In this document: positions 48,814 to 60,607 of the stretch, in pieces
How positions within the stretch are numbered: the stretch's first letter is position 1
Layout: each line of letters opens with the position of its first letter
Assembly (NCBI GenBank): GCA_001724265.1
Contig: MEDY01000291.1
Span: forward strand, 1 to 63,059
DNA length: 63,059 nucleotides
Direction of reading: 5' to 3'
Source of the DNA: Rhizaria sp. SCN 62-66
Taxonomy: Eukaryota
Position numbers and translations under genes: made by a program
Notes under the pieces: model-generated
Told to the model about the DNA's origin: nothing
Seen by the model: the letters and a program-made list of their open reading frames with translations, nothing else
The model's database searches: none

Positions 48814-49674
48814 TTACGCGGACTTGAGGCCCACGGTCTCCCAGGGCGCGGCGCCGGTGCGGGGCGCGGGCACCATCGCAACGGCGCCGCCGTTGCTGCC
48901 AGCGGCGGCGTTGGCGGCGGCCCAGCGGCGCGAGCGGCAGCCGAAGAGGAACATGTGCGCGAGCCATCCGGCGACGAAGCCGCCGACGGCGATGAGGATG
49001 CTGATGTTCTTGCGGAGGCGCCACACCTCGTCGGCGTCCTTCTTGAGCGCCGTGAACATCTCCGTGAAGGCCCAGACGGACTCGGCCTGCGCAAAGGCCG
49101 GCAGCGGGCGCGTGGGCGCCAGCGCAAAGGCCGAGGAGCGCAGCGCGGCGGCGTCGCGCGCGCCCTCGTGCGCTGCGAAGAGCCCCGTCGCCGAGTAGCC
49201 GGTCGCCTCGCTCGCTACGCCAGACGGCGGGAGGAAAGTCAGGCCGCCCGAGGGGGAGTCCGCTGCGGCGCCCGCGGCGGGGTAGAGGTGCGAGCCGGTG
49301 CCGGGGGCCTGGAGCATCATGAGCGTGGGGTAGCCCTTGACGCCCATGAGCTTGCACGTGACGGCGTTAGTGGTGCAGTCCAGGGAAGCGAGCGTGGGCG
49401 GGACAGGCGTGCTGCCGCCTGCAGGCACCGCCGGGAGCGGGTTCGCGTGCAGGTCAATGGCAAGACGCTCCCAGGTCGGCGCCAGGGACTTGCAATGACC
49501 GCACCAGGGCGCGTAGAACTTGACGAAGAGGCGGCCGTGGGTGGCCAGCTCGGCCGCGATGTTGTAGTCGGTCAGCGTCAGGGAGCCGGTGCGCGGGCCG
49601 GGGGGCGTAAAGTCGGCCGCGGCAGCCAGCGCGAGAGCGGACAGGACGGCCAGGAGGACGCGGGAAGCGAGCAT
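48814..49674 (-). CDS. Single-domain thioredoxin/PDI-family membrane protein (TMX-like), 286 aa
   Basis: Signal peptide, FVKFYAPWCGHCKSLAPTW, GVKGYPTL and a C-terminal TM segment (ISILIAVGGFVAGWLAHMFLF). Stop is TAA. Confidence 0.88.
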   Translation of the reverse strand: MLASRVLLAVLSALALAAAADFTPPGPRTGSLTLTDYNIAAELATHGRLFVKFYAPWCGHCKSLAPTWERLAIDLHANPLPAVPAGGSTPVPPTLASLDCTTNAVTCKLMGVKGYPTLMMLQAPGTGSHLYPAAGAAADSPSGGLTFLPPSGVASEATGYSATGLFAAHEGARDAAALRSSAFALAPTRPLPAFAQAESVWAFTEMFTALKKDADEVWRLRKNISILIAVGGFVAGWLAHMFLFGCRSRRWAAANAAAGSNGGAVAMVPAPRTGAAPWETVGLKSA

Positions 49675-50202
49675 CGAGGCTGAAACAGAAAGAGCGTGGG
49701 CGAGGCAGAGGCGGCGTGGGAGGAGATTTGTGGATGGTGGTGGGCGTAGGCGAAAATTGGATATCAGAGATAAGAACCTAACGCAGCAGATTTTAATTGA
49801 ATAGAAGTGCCTATTATACTAGTTCGGGATTTAAGGACTTTTCATGTGTCTGTCAACGGTCACTACGTTGCAAACAAGATTGTTCAAATCATAGTCCAGT
49901 ACTGCCTCCAGCCTTTGCGGACCTTCAGCTAATCCACATTTCAAGCAGTACACATATAAGGACACATGCTATGAAAATGATGTTATCAATATATCGTTTT
50001 GCGTGCATGATTTATTGCTGTCCTTGTGATTTCATACTATCTAATGAGATATACCCCGGTCTGTGGCGAATCTCCGATCTGACCACGTGCTTCTCACATC
50101 GCCCATCACTGCTCTTGTTATGCGCTCCCTTGTTGTATAGTCTTCCTCTCTCCTTCCAGCCATCTATCTTACACCCCAAAGTGCGCCCTTACGGAAGCCA
50201 TT

Positions 50203-53200
50203 ATGCTTAGCGCTCGACACGCCGTCCGCGCGTCGCTGCGCGCGTGCGTGCGCCCCCTATCAACCAGTAGCGCCGCTGCAGCCACTTCTGGTGCGACTGC
50301 GTCCGCGGCTGCGTCCGCGGCTGCCACTGATGCTGCGAGCTTAAACAAGTGTCGCCCTGTCCGTGTCATTGTTCTTGGTGGCGGCGTTAGTGGCTTAACT
50401 TTCGCCCACTCGTTTGTGCGCGCCGCAGTCCAGGAGAGCCCTTCACTTACTCAGAATGCTCCGAAGGCTGCTGCTGCGCGTGCGGGTGCGACCGCGTCAG
50501 GCTCCGACTCGAGCTCCGAGGCGTTGTCGCCGGCCATGGCGGCGCTGGCGGCCGAGGTGGGCGCGGGCCGCGACATCCACATCACCGTCGTCGAAGCAAG
50601 TGACAAGTACGTCGTAACTTGAAAATGTGTTACTGACCTTGCAATCACACAAGCACCACGATTCGGTCACAGTATCGAGGCAGCACACGTTGAACAAGAG
50701 ATTTCACCAATTAATATTTGGATATTTCAGCTAATTGATCTTTCTGGTGTTGTCTTTTTGTTTATTTTGTTTCTTTCTCCTCTAAGACTCGGCGGCTGGA
50801 TCCAGTCCGACACGCACTCGCTGCCCGCCAACCCTTCTCTTCCCCGCGCAAGCACCGCCACCTCCGTCTCCGCCGGCACAGGCTCCAGCACCTCCGCGTC
50901 CTCGTCCGCGCTTACGGTTACCACAGAGCGCGGTCCGCGCGCGTTGTCGACCCACGGCGGCCCCTCCGGCTCGCGCGGCGACGCGGCGCAGGCGCTGGCG
51001 CTGCTGCTCGAGCTGGGGCTGGAGCGGCACGTGCTCGAGGCCGACGACGCCGCCAAGCACCGGTTCATCTACGCCACCGACGAGGGCGCGCTGCGGGAAG
51101 TTACTCCGCTGGGCGTGGTGGCTAAGTACGGCTGGGGCGCGGTGGGCGAGCCCTTCCGCCCGCCGCTGAAGCGCATCGTCGACCTCACGACCGACAGCAG
51201 CGAGAAAAGCGATATCCTTAGCAACAACAGCAACATCGACGGCAGCAGGGGCAGGAGCATGGCGCTGACGGAGCACGGGTACGCGGACGAGACCATCTGC
51301 GAGTTCATCACGCGCCGCTTCAGCCGCCGCATCGCGCTCGAGCTGGCGGACCCGGGCGTCGCGGGCGTCCATGCGGGCCGCATCGACCGGCTCTCGCTGC
51401 GCGCAGCCATGCCCAAGCTCTACTTCCTCGAACGGCTCAACGGCAGCGTGGCGTTCCCGCTGCCGCTGCTGCGCCAGACCCCCGACGACGAGTCCACCGA
51501 GGCGCTGTACCGGCTCCCACTCCGCAGCCGCTCCGGTTGGCTGGGGGCCGCGGCGGCGGAGGCGGCGCAGGGCCACCCGCTCGCCTTCTCGCTGCCGGCG
51601 CCGCCACTCGCGGGCGCGCCGCCGACGCCAGCGCCCAGCTTCAGCGCCACGCGTCATCACTCTTCTGAGAACAAGGACGGCGCTGACGAGTATGACGATG
51701 ACGGCGACGACGAGATCGATGACTACGACCTTGAGGCCGAGATAGATTACGCTTTCCGCGTCCAGGTCCGCACGCCGCCGTACTTTTTTGGAACCCGCGG
51801 CGCGTCGCGCGCGCCCCTCAGCGCCGCGCCGCTGCCCGGCTCGGTCGCGGCAGTGCCCTTCTTCGCCCCCTTCGAGATCCCCCCGACCACGGCGGTTGCG
51901 CTGGTCGCGACGGCTGACGCGGACAGCAAGACGGGAAATGACGATGAGATGAGCACCGCGCTCGCCGCGATTGCTGCCGCAAACGCCGCTGGTAATGCGG
52001 CGGCCAGGGGGGGCAAGCCCCGGTCCGGCGGCGCGGGCGGTGCGACAATAAACAAGGCCGGCGGCGCCGCGAGTGCACCCGCGCAGACCGGCCCTGCCCC
52101 ACTGGCGCCGGTCGGGGACATCGACTGGTATGAGGGCGCGTCTCCCGTGCTGATGCAGCGCCTCCGGCACCCGAGTGATCTCGCCAAGCTGCGGTACGTT
52201 GCACACTGTCTTAACATAATATTTCTCACAATATACCTTCCCAGGATCTATCATATTTCAAATTAAACTTTCTTACAACATCAATGATTTTATTCACGCA
52301 TTATATTCATTATATCTATAAATCTCTCCGTTTTAATTGTTTTTTTTCGCCCTGTAATCGCAGAAAGTGGCGCAAGTCGGGCCTCGTGTCGCTGACGCCC
52401 GGCATGCACGCGATCCCTCAGTCGCTCGCCGCGGCCCTCTGCGCCCCCACCGCGGGCTCGCTGCCGCGGCCGGCGCACGCGTCCCCGGTCCCCGCGCCGC
52501 GCACGCGGCTGGCGGCGTCGTTCGCGCGCACCGCGCCCGCGGTCGACCCGCTCTGGCGCCTGCTAGCCGCCGCGACGCACGGCCACGCGAACAACACCAC
52601 GAGGAGCACCGCCGCGCACAGTCAAACTGACGCCACTGCTCCTGCCTCTGCGGCCCCCGCGCGGTCCATCCTGCCCCCGTCCATGCACCGCCCCGCGTCC
52701 TCCGCGTCCTCTGCGTCCTTCACCGCTGCGACAGCTGTGGTCGCGGCGGCGCGGGCCGGGTCCGTCACGGTCGACGTGTGCACGGACACCACCGCGCTCG
52801 CCATGACGCTGCGCGGGGCTGAGGACAACAGCAACAGCAACAGCAACAACAACGGCGACATCGGCGGTACAAGCAGCGCGAAGGAGGGGATCACGGTGAC
52901 ACTTGCGCCGAGCGAGAAGTTAGGCCGCCCCGCGAGTGGCGCGGCTGCGAGTCTCGTCGTTGACAGCGTCGACGTTGAGTGCGACTACGTCGTGTCCACG
53001 CTGCCCGCGCATGCGCTGGCGAAGCTCCTTTCTGCTTCCGCCACCGCGACCGCGACCGCCACTGCAAGCTCGGACACGACCGCGACTACGAGTGCCACGA
53101 CTGCGATGTCGTCTGCGGCCGCAGCGTTTGCCTCGGTCCGCCACACCACCGTGTGGGTCGTCACCGCCCTCTTCACACCGCAACAGCTCGAGGCCGCGCT

Positions 53201-54620
53201 CGCGCTCGCGTCGGCGAGCAGCGTCGCCCCCAGGAGCGCGAACCTGAGTCTGAGCAGCGGCAGCGGCGTCAAGAGCCTCTACCACAGCGTCAGCAAGACC
53301 ACTGAGACGCCCGTCAGTGGGGACGCTGTTGCACTGCCACAGACATCTGCTGCCAACAGCGTGCAGCCCTCGTCTTCGGCGGCCCCACCCCTGTTCCTGT
53401 CCCGCTGCTCGCAGGCCGACGTGGCGATGGTTGCCGCGTTCGGCGCCGCGCTGCGGGCCCGCCTCCCGGGCTTCGGCGCGCTGCTGCCCACCGCGGCCGT
53501 GCCTGCAGTCAGCAGCAGCAGCAGCAGCAACAAGGCCGTTGACAACAGGGACAACGCCGAACTTGACAGCGAGGGCCGGAGCCCGAGCCACCCGTTCTAC
53601 GGGCTGCTGGGCGCCGTGTTCGATAGCGACACGTTTCCCAGCATGACCAAGGGCGCGCTCGTTGTCACCATGATGGTCGGCGGCGACCGCTTCCCCGAGA
53701 TGGGCAACGTCAGCAGCATCAGTAGCGCCGCTTCGAGCTCAGGGCCTCATGTGTGGACCGAGGAGCGCGTCAGGGCCAAGGCGGCGGGTTACTTGCACGC
53801 CCTGTTCGGCTTCCCCGTCCCTGTTGACGCTGAGCCACAGCAAACCCACACTGGCGTCCCTGATAGCACTGCGAATGTGGCGCATCAGGTGCTGGCTCCG
53901 ACGATTTTTTCGGTCCGCCCCGCGCAGCAGTGCATTCCGCAGCCGGCCCCCGGCCACACGCGCGCGATGCAGGGCGCCACCTCCGCGCTCGCCTCGGCCT
54001 TCGGCTACCGCGACCTCTCCTGCATGAGCCGCGCTTACACGGGCAGCGACAACGCCCCCGCAGCATTCTCAGCAGCAGCGGCGGCGGAGTGGAGCCACGG
54101 GCACTGGGGCGCGGGCCCGGTCCCGGCGCTCTCGTCGCAGCTGCCGCCGTCTGCGCCACTGTCTCTCAACCACGTCTTCATTCCCACTTTCGACAGCACC
54201 GCTGCCAGCTCGTCGAGCGTGGATGCTGTTGACGTCGACGCTGACGCTGACTCTGACGCTGGCTCGCGCGGTCTCGTCGTGCCCCAGGGCGCCCCGCTGG
54301 CGCCGATGGCGGGCAACTTGCTGACGTCAGCAGGCCTCGTGCACCCGCGGCTCGCTGTGCTGGGCACCGCGGTAACTGGCCCCGCGGTCAAGGACCTGAT
54401 CAAGGAGGCGCGCTTCGCGGCTGTTCGGCTGGCGCGGCACATCAGGGCCGGGGAGTACGTCGCCGAGCTCGCGCTGAACAAGAGTGTCGACGGCAAAAAT
54501 GGAGGGACAAGCTCTGACTCTCGAGTCAAGAGCAGCGGGCTGGTGACTGGGACTGCGGCGGCTGCAGCCGCACCGACCGTGGTTACGACACGCAAGGGTA
54601 GGAACTCTGTTCTTGGCTAA
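50203..54620 (+). CDS. PPOX: Protoporphyrinogen oxidase (HemY/PPOX type), ~1355 aa with long inserts
   Basis: Exons 50203-50606, 50787-52193 and 52364-54620. Motifs VIVLGGGVSGL, EASDKLGGWIQS, ERGPR, DETICEFITRRF, GVHAG..LSLR, GFGALLP, LLGAVFDS..FP and CIPQ. Mitochondrial-type presequence. Stop is TAA. Confidence 0.88.
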
Positions 54621-54814
54621 GTCATTGTGAGGACACAAGTAATGTGTTCATTTTTTGACAAAATCAGATAACTGGTTCAATCAAATCATATTTATTTATT
54701 TGACTGTATTCGTTTCAATGGGTGGAAAATATCAATACATCATATTCGTGGCACATGCGTAGTTAATTGAAGCTTGACAATCAATGATTAACTTCTGCCG
54801 TCCTCATTTCGACA

Positions 54815-57800
54815 TCATTGCTTCTCAACCGACTCCACCGCCGCCCTGACCGCGACGAGCTCGTCCGCGTGCGCCATGCCGCTGCGCAGCGCGCGCAGCA
54901 GAGTCACCAGACAGGTCTTGTTGGCCATATCGCGGCAGACGCGGTGCACGAGGTTGAGCTGGCCAATGACGCCCTTCGTGGCCCCAGTCCCGCTCTCGCT
55001 CTGCGCAGCTTCAGTGTCGTCCGGAGCCTCTGCGAGAGCAAGTGTGTACCCGTCAAACTGCTCGACGGGCCCGCTGATCGCGCGCAGCACTTGCTTCTCC
55101 ACCGCAGCCACACTGCGCACGGCGTCATTGCACCTCATCCGCGATGCAAGCGGCTTGTCGCTGTTGTCGCCGCCGCTGTTGCTGTTAGCGTTGCTCCCGC
55201 TGCTGTCGTTGCCCTTGCTCCCAGGCTAGGAGACCCAGCGCCAAAGCCCGAGGCGCAGCAGCGGCGCCAGCAGCAGCGCGAGCAGCGGCGACGGCCGGCT
55301 GGGCCGACCGGGACCGCTGGCGCACGCAATGGTGGAGATGCAGGGACTGTGCGGCGGGTGCAGCGTGAAGTTCAGCCGCACGAGGTGCTTCGCGCGCAGA
55401 CGAAGTGCTTCAGACAGAGGGACAACAGCCCCGTCATCGGTGGTAATGGAATCATCACTCGTGCTCTTCTTACACTCATCCTCACCGCCATCGCCGTTGC
55501 TAACGCGCTCAGTGTGGCGCTTCACTAGCTCCACGACCGCCATCGCCTTGTCCGCCGTCATATTTTTCTCCCGCCGCAAGTACGCCTCAAAGCCGCACGC
55601 GTCAGCCAGCGCGGCCACGGTCTGCGCCGCCTGCTCCGCGCGCGCCGTCAGCATGAGCGCGGCCGACTCGGCCACGGCCGTCAGCAGCGGGTTTTCTGCG
55701 TAGCCCATGCCCGTCTTGGTGTGCGCGTAGAAGTCGCGCACCGACTGCAGCGCGTCGATCTCCTCGTCGCTCAGGCCGCGCAAACTCTGCAGCGCGGCGG
55801 CGTTGGGCGGGACGCAGGTGTTAGGCGTGCCTGAGAACTTGTGCGTGGCCTGAATGCGGGCGTACTCGACGACGGCGGCCGCGGAGAGGCCCGCAAGCCG
55901 CTTCCGCAGCGTGAGCGAGCGCGGGTTCAGCAGCGCTGTCGCGCCCAGCGCCAGCATAAGCCGGCACAGCGCCGGGTCGGGCCCGCTGGCCGAGAGCAGC
56001 AGCAGCGCCTGGCGGACCGCGGGCCACTCGCGCGGGTGTCTGCGCTCAAGTGCGGCCGCCAGCGCGCTGTCGCTCCTACTACTGGGAGCGTGAGCGTTAT
56101 AGCTACAGACAGGGCCGTCAGGCTCGTCGTTGCTCTCCGCGAGTGCTTGCAGGAGGCCGCGCACGCACGCCGCCGTGGCACCGGGCGCCCAGGCGCCGCG
56201 CGGGCCGCGCAGCGCGCCGGCCGTGGCCACCAGCACCACGTCGAGCAGCGTCGGCGGGGCGTCCGGCGACGAGCCCTGCTTCGCCACGAACGGAGCGTTG
56301 TTGCGCGTGGCGGCAAGCGCCGCGGTCACAATGCGGCTGCGCGCGCGCAAAACGGCACTGGAGCTCTCCGCCTCACGCTGCCGGTTGATAGAGCGTTCGC
56401 GCGCAGACTCGAGGCGCTGCTGCGCAACGCTGACGTGTGCCGCGAGCGCGAGGTCGAGCGCGGGCGAGACGGGCAGCGAGAACACACCCTCGTTGTCGTC
56501 GCAGTCGCTGTCATCGTTAAACTCAGCGTTGTTGCACTCAACGGACTCTTTGTCGAGGCCTCGGTACTCGCTCAGGTCAATGGCATGGGAAATTTCTTTC
56601 TTGGACTCCTCCTTGGGAGTGTTGCGCACGAGATACTCAAAAATCACCTTCGACGTATGCGGCAAACGCGCATTCACAGCAGGAAAGAGATAGTTCGTGA
56701 CGCGACGACGCTGATCCACGCTCAAACCCACGTTGCCCGTCGCGGGGCCGTGGCCCAGGTCGTCGAGCACGCGCATCAGCAGCCCCGCCAACGCAATGTC
56801 GTTTGCGTTACCCGCCGCGCTGCAGTGCGGAAAGCACGGGAACTGCGCGCTCGGCACGGCGTGACACTGCGGGCAGGGCGGCTTGACTTCCTTCGCGCCG
56901 ACGGCGGGCGGGAGACTTAGCGCGAGGTTGCGGCGGCGGACGCGCGCGCCGTGCACCGCCGGGGCGGGGCGCGGGGGCAGCGCGGGCAGCGCAGCAGCGC
57001 GCACACTGGCGACGGGGTCGTTGTCGTCGTTCGCGGCGGCCGAGTTGCCGGAAAGCGACGATGACTCGCCCGCCGTGTGGTTGTCTTGGCTCCGAGCGCG
57101 CACCGGCCAGAGCGAAAAGGCCGTGGTGATCGCGTCGTGGTCATTCCACGAGTACGTGTCCTCCCGGGTGTACGCGCTGCCCCTCTCCGCTGCCGCAGCC
57201 GCCGCAGCGTCGTCCCCGCCGTCGCCGTCGCCGTCGTCGTCGAGGTCTAAAGCGCCGCCGCCGCCTGCACCGCCCAGCACGGGCTGCGGGCCGTAGCAGC
57301 TCTTGCTCGCCCATTCGAGCAGCAGCCCCACGCACGTGAGCGCGGGGTCCATGCGCAGCGCGAAGGCGTCGGGCTGCAGCAGCGCGTGCAGCTCCCAGTG
57401 CGCGAGCGAGCCCGCCGAGTAGGACACGTGGAGCCGTGCCTGATCGTGGCACTGCCCCGCTAGGAGCGGCAGCGCGCCGACGCTGCGTGGACGCGGGGAG
57501 AGCTTCTTCAGGGGCACCGAGTCCGCACTCGCCTTACTGTCGGTCGCATCATAACTAGAGATGGAGTTGGAGACGGCACTCGGCGCAGTGTTGCTGGGCC
57601 TAACGGTGAGCGTCGGCGGCGCCCCCCCCGGAGTGACAACAGCGTCAAACCCCACGTACATGCTGGGAGCGTACCGCACACTGACCCCGTGCTGATATCG
57701 CGAGCTCCCGCTCCCGGCCGCGCTTGCACTCGCTTGCGCACGCGCAGCGCTACCCGGGCCGCCGGACTGCGCGCCGTGCTAGCCCGCCTCCGCCAGCTCG

Positions 57801-59731
57801 CTGAGATTAACCCGCCCGGTCAGCACGTCGTCAAACAGGACGTCGCGGTCGTCCTCGTCGGCGGCCGCGAACAGCAGGTCGCGCACCACGGCGCGCGTGT
57901 CCCCGTCCAGCGCGCGCATCTGGTCCAGCGACGGCAGCTCCAGCCGCTCAAGCAGCAAGTTCACGCTCGCGTACGCGTCGCGACAACGCTGGGAGCCGAA
58001 GTAAGTGTAGTAGCCATTGAGCGCGGGCGGCGCCGCCAACAGCCGCCGAGCCTCCCGGTCCCCCGCGTGCCGTTCCCAGTCGAACCCCGTGCCCGCGCCC
58101 GCCTCGTCATTATGGCGCTGCGGTGGGTGCACGAGCCGCGCGGCGCCCTGCCACGCGGCGCGCCTGCCGTCCCAGGCGACGGCGACGGCGAGCAGCGCGC
58201 GCTCGCCGAACGCCAGCGCGGTCTGCCGGCACCCCACAGCAGGCTCCGCGGCCGCGTACGGGTACGAGCTGCGGTTGTACGGGTCCAGCGGGTCGCCATG
58301 GCCGTAGCGCCCCACCGCGGGCCGCGCGAGACTGGACGCGGAGGAGGCGCCGGGCGCGGGGCGCGTGACGGGCGCGGTGGGCGGCCCCGTGCCGCAGTCG
58401 GCCGCCAGCGCGGGCGGGAGGTGCGCCAGGATCATGCTCTCGTAGCACGAGACCACGGCGTCGCGCGCGACCGAGGGCTCTGACGCGCGGTGGCCGGCTG
58501 CGACCTCGGCAAACAGCCGCGACAGCGCAGCCGCGGCGGGAGACGGCGCCGCGGAGGCCGCGGCGGACGCGTTGGGCAGTTGGGGGTCGGCGCTGTCGTG
58601 GACGCGGCGTAGTTCAGTCGCGTCAGGTTGGGGGGCGTTTTGGTTTCCAGCGCTAGTGCCCGCGTTGCCGTTGCCGTTGTTGCTGTTGCTGTTGCTGTTG
58701 TTGTTGCTGTTGAAGTTGCTGGCGGCCTTGCGCGCGGCGTCGTCGTGGTGCATCTTGAGGAGGTCGGCGACGGCGTCGGCCGCCATGAGCGAGCACAGGT
58801 AGGGAAAGCAGGCGCCGCCCGTGCCGCCGGCGGCGTTGGCAAGGATGAGCAGGCGCGCCACGTGCGGCGGCTGCTGGTAGTGGGCGAAAAGCAGCGCAGG
58901 CACCTCGGCGTCGTCCACGCTCGCCGCGACGAGCTCCTCGCCAGAGAGGGCGTGTGCGCTCACCGCGACGTCTCCGCCGCTGCCACTGCTGCTGCTGCTA
59001 ATGCTGCTGCCAGCAAGGCCGGCGGGGGCAGGGAGGAGCGCGAGCACGTGTTTGAGCAGCGCGGGGTCGCCGTTGGTGACGACGCACTTGACGAGCTGCT
59101 TGACGTGCACGGGCAGCGAGTGTGCCGTACCGCTGCGCACGCCCGCCGCCGCCGCCGGGTCCGCGGCAAGAAAGCGTACGACGGGGGCGTGGAACTCGGT
59201 CGCCGCGACGAAGAGCGGCGACGCAGGGTAGCTGGAGACCTTGTTGGGGCAGAGGTTGAGCGCGGCCCAGAGCTGCGGCGAGAGCGCCTGCTTCAGCATG
59301 CGCACGGCGGCCAGGTTGCCCAGCTGCGCGGCGCACGAGACCGGCAAGCGGTGCAGCGTCGTAACGGCGTCACCGCAGCGGGCGAGGATGAACCTGAGCG
59401 CGTTGTAGTAGTGGCGGCCGATGCAGAGCGAGAGGATGTCTGAGATCTCGGTGCTCTCGACGGTGCTTGTCACCAGCACCAGGCACGCGGCGAACCCGGC
59501 GGCCTCCGACGGACTCAGTGTGGCCCGACCATAAGTGCCGGTCGCCACCGGCTGCTGCTGTGCGTCACCGCCGTCGCCGCTGTCGGTCTGCGGGACGTTG
59601 AACGGGACGTTGAGGAAGGCGGCGTGGACAGCGCGCAGTCCCGCGAGCATGGCGTCGTCGGAGCTGACGTCCAGCGTGGCGCGGAAGTTGCGCGCGCCGC
59701 GCACAAAGATAACGTCCTCGTTCAGACTCAT
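54815..59731 (-). CDS. Large protein with degenerate N-terminal ankyrin-like repeats; 1638 aa if the in-frame TAGs at 57779 and 55226 are decoded
   Basis: ORFs 59731-57779, 57679-55226 and 55138-54815 all share one frame. Each junction is a single TAG with GC-rich open coding sequence on both sides. Ankyrin-like segments PVSCAAQLGNLAAVRML and SPLFVAATEFHAPVVRFL. Final stop is TGA, followed by AT-rich sequence. Confidence 0.7.
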
Positions 59732-60391
59732 GACCGACGTTGAGTGGCGTTTTAGCAGATCAGCAGATGGGTGCGGCGTGGTAAGGTGCGAAGTGCGTTT
59801 GCGAAAGTGATGCAGAAAGCTCCAGTCGAGTCTAGACTTAAATCGAGAATACCGAGTTGTAAATAACTGTTAGGCAATTTACTGTTTAATAGTCATACCG
59901 ATTACAAAGTTAAACGCGCAAAAACCAAGTATTATCACGATTCACGTTGTAAACAACACGTACAACATGAAGATAGTTTGCCGAAAGCGGGGGCTATGAC
60001 TCTCCACCACAAACGCGTTATGTTGCACAACAGTCTGCTTTAGTCAACATTAGAGCGATAAATAAGTCGGTAAAGGTTTAAACTAAAGGCATTTAGAAAA
60101 AGCGGCGGATATTATACGATATGCATGGTTGTTTTGATCTTAAAAATGATTGTTTATGTATGTTTTGTTGTTTTCGCGCGGCACAGCCCGTCTCTCCTCT
60201 CTTGGCTCAGTCACTGCAACACAGCACCGGCACGATGATATTCACAGAATGCAATATCACGCCACAGAAGAGTTTCCAAGCCTATGGACTATACCATGCA
60301 CATGCTGCAAGGGTGCGACACTCACACTCTATGAACGCAGAGCGCACTCCCACGTCGAGAGTGCGTAACTGGCGGTTTGGGGGCGTCGGCC

Positions 60392-60607
60392 TTACTCGGC
60401 CTTGGCGGGCTCAGCAGCAGCCTCGGGGGCCTCAGTGGAGGGGAAGACGCCAAGGACCGCGGAGTTGGTGTTGGTGGGGGCATCGTTGGGGGCGCCGGAC
60501 CAGGTGTAGGGGCTGTGGCCGAAGGGGGTGATGGGGGCCCACGCCTTGTCGGAGCCAGCGGTCACAGGCTCGAACACGCCGGGGAACTTGGTGGACACGG
60601 TGGACAT
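60392..60607 (-). CDS. Small hypothetical protein, 71 aa
   Basis: GC-rich island in AT-rich flanks, with strongly C/G-ending codons. The ATG is preceded by polyY-CAG-ACCAGC. Stop is TAA. Confidence 0.7.
   Translation of the reverse strand: MSTVSTKFPGVFEPVTAGSDKAWAPITPFGHSPYTWSGAPNDAPTNTNSAVLGVFPSTEAPEAAAEPAKAE

Noticed and set aside
57750-57974. Hypothetical 225-nt GTACG..TAG intron on the minus strand that would remove the TAG at 57779
   Set aside because: It is GC-rich with no pyrimidine tract, unlike the 28 modelled introns, and it would delete complex, codon-biased coding sequence. RNA-seq is needed to exclude it fully.
42254-59731. Pseudogene interpretation of the two TAG-interrupted genes
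   Set aside because: About 11 kb of ORF has no frameshift and no internal TAA or TGA, all three interruptions are TAG, and TAG is never used as a terminal stop in the window. Disfavoured but not formally excluded.
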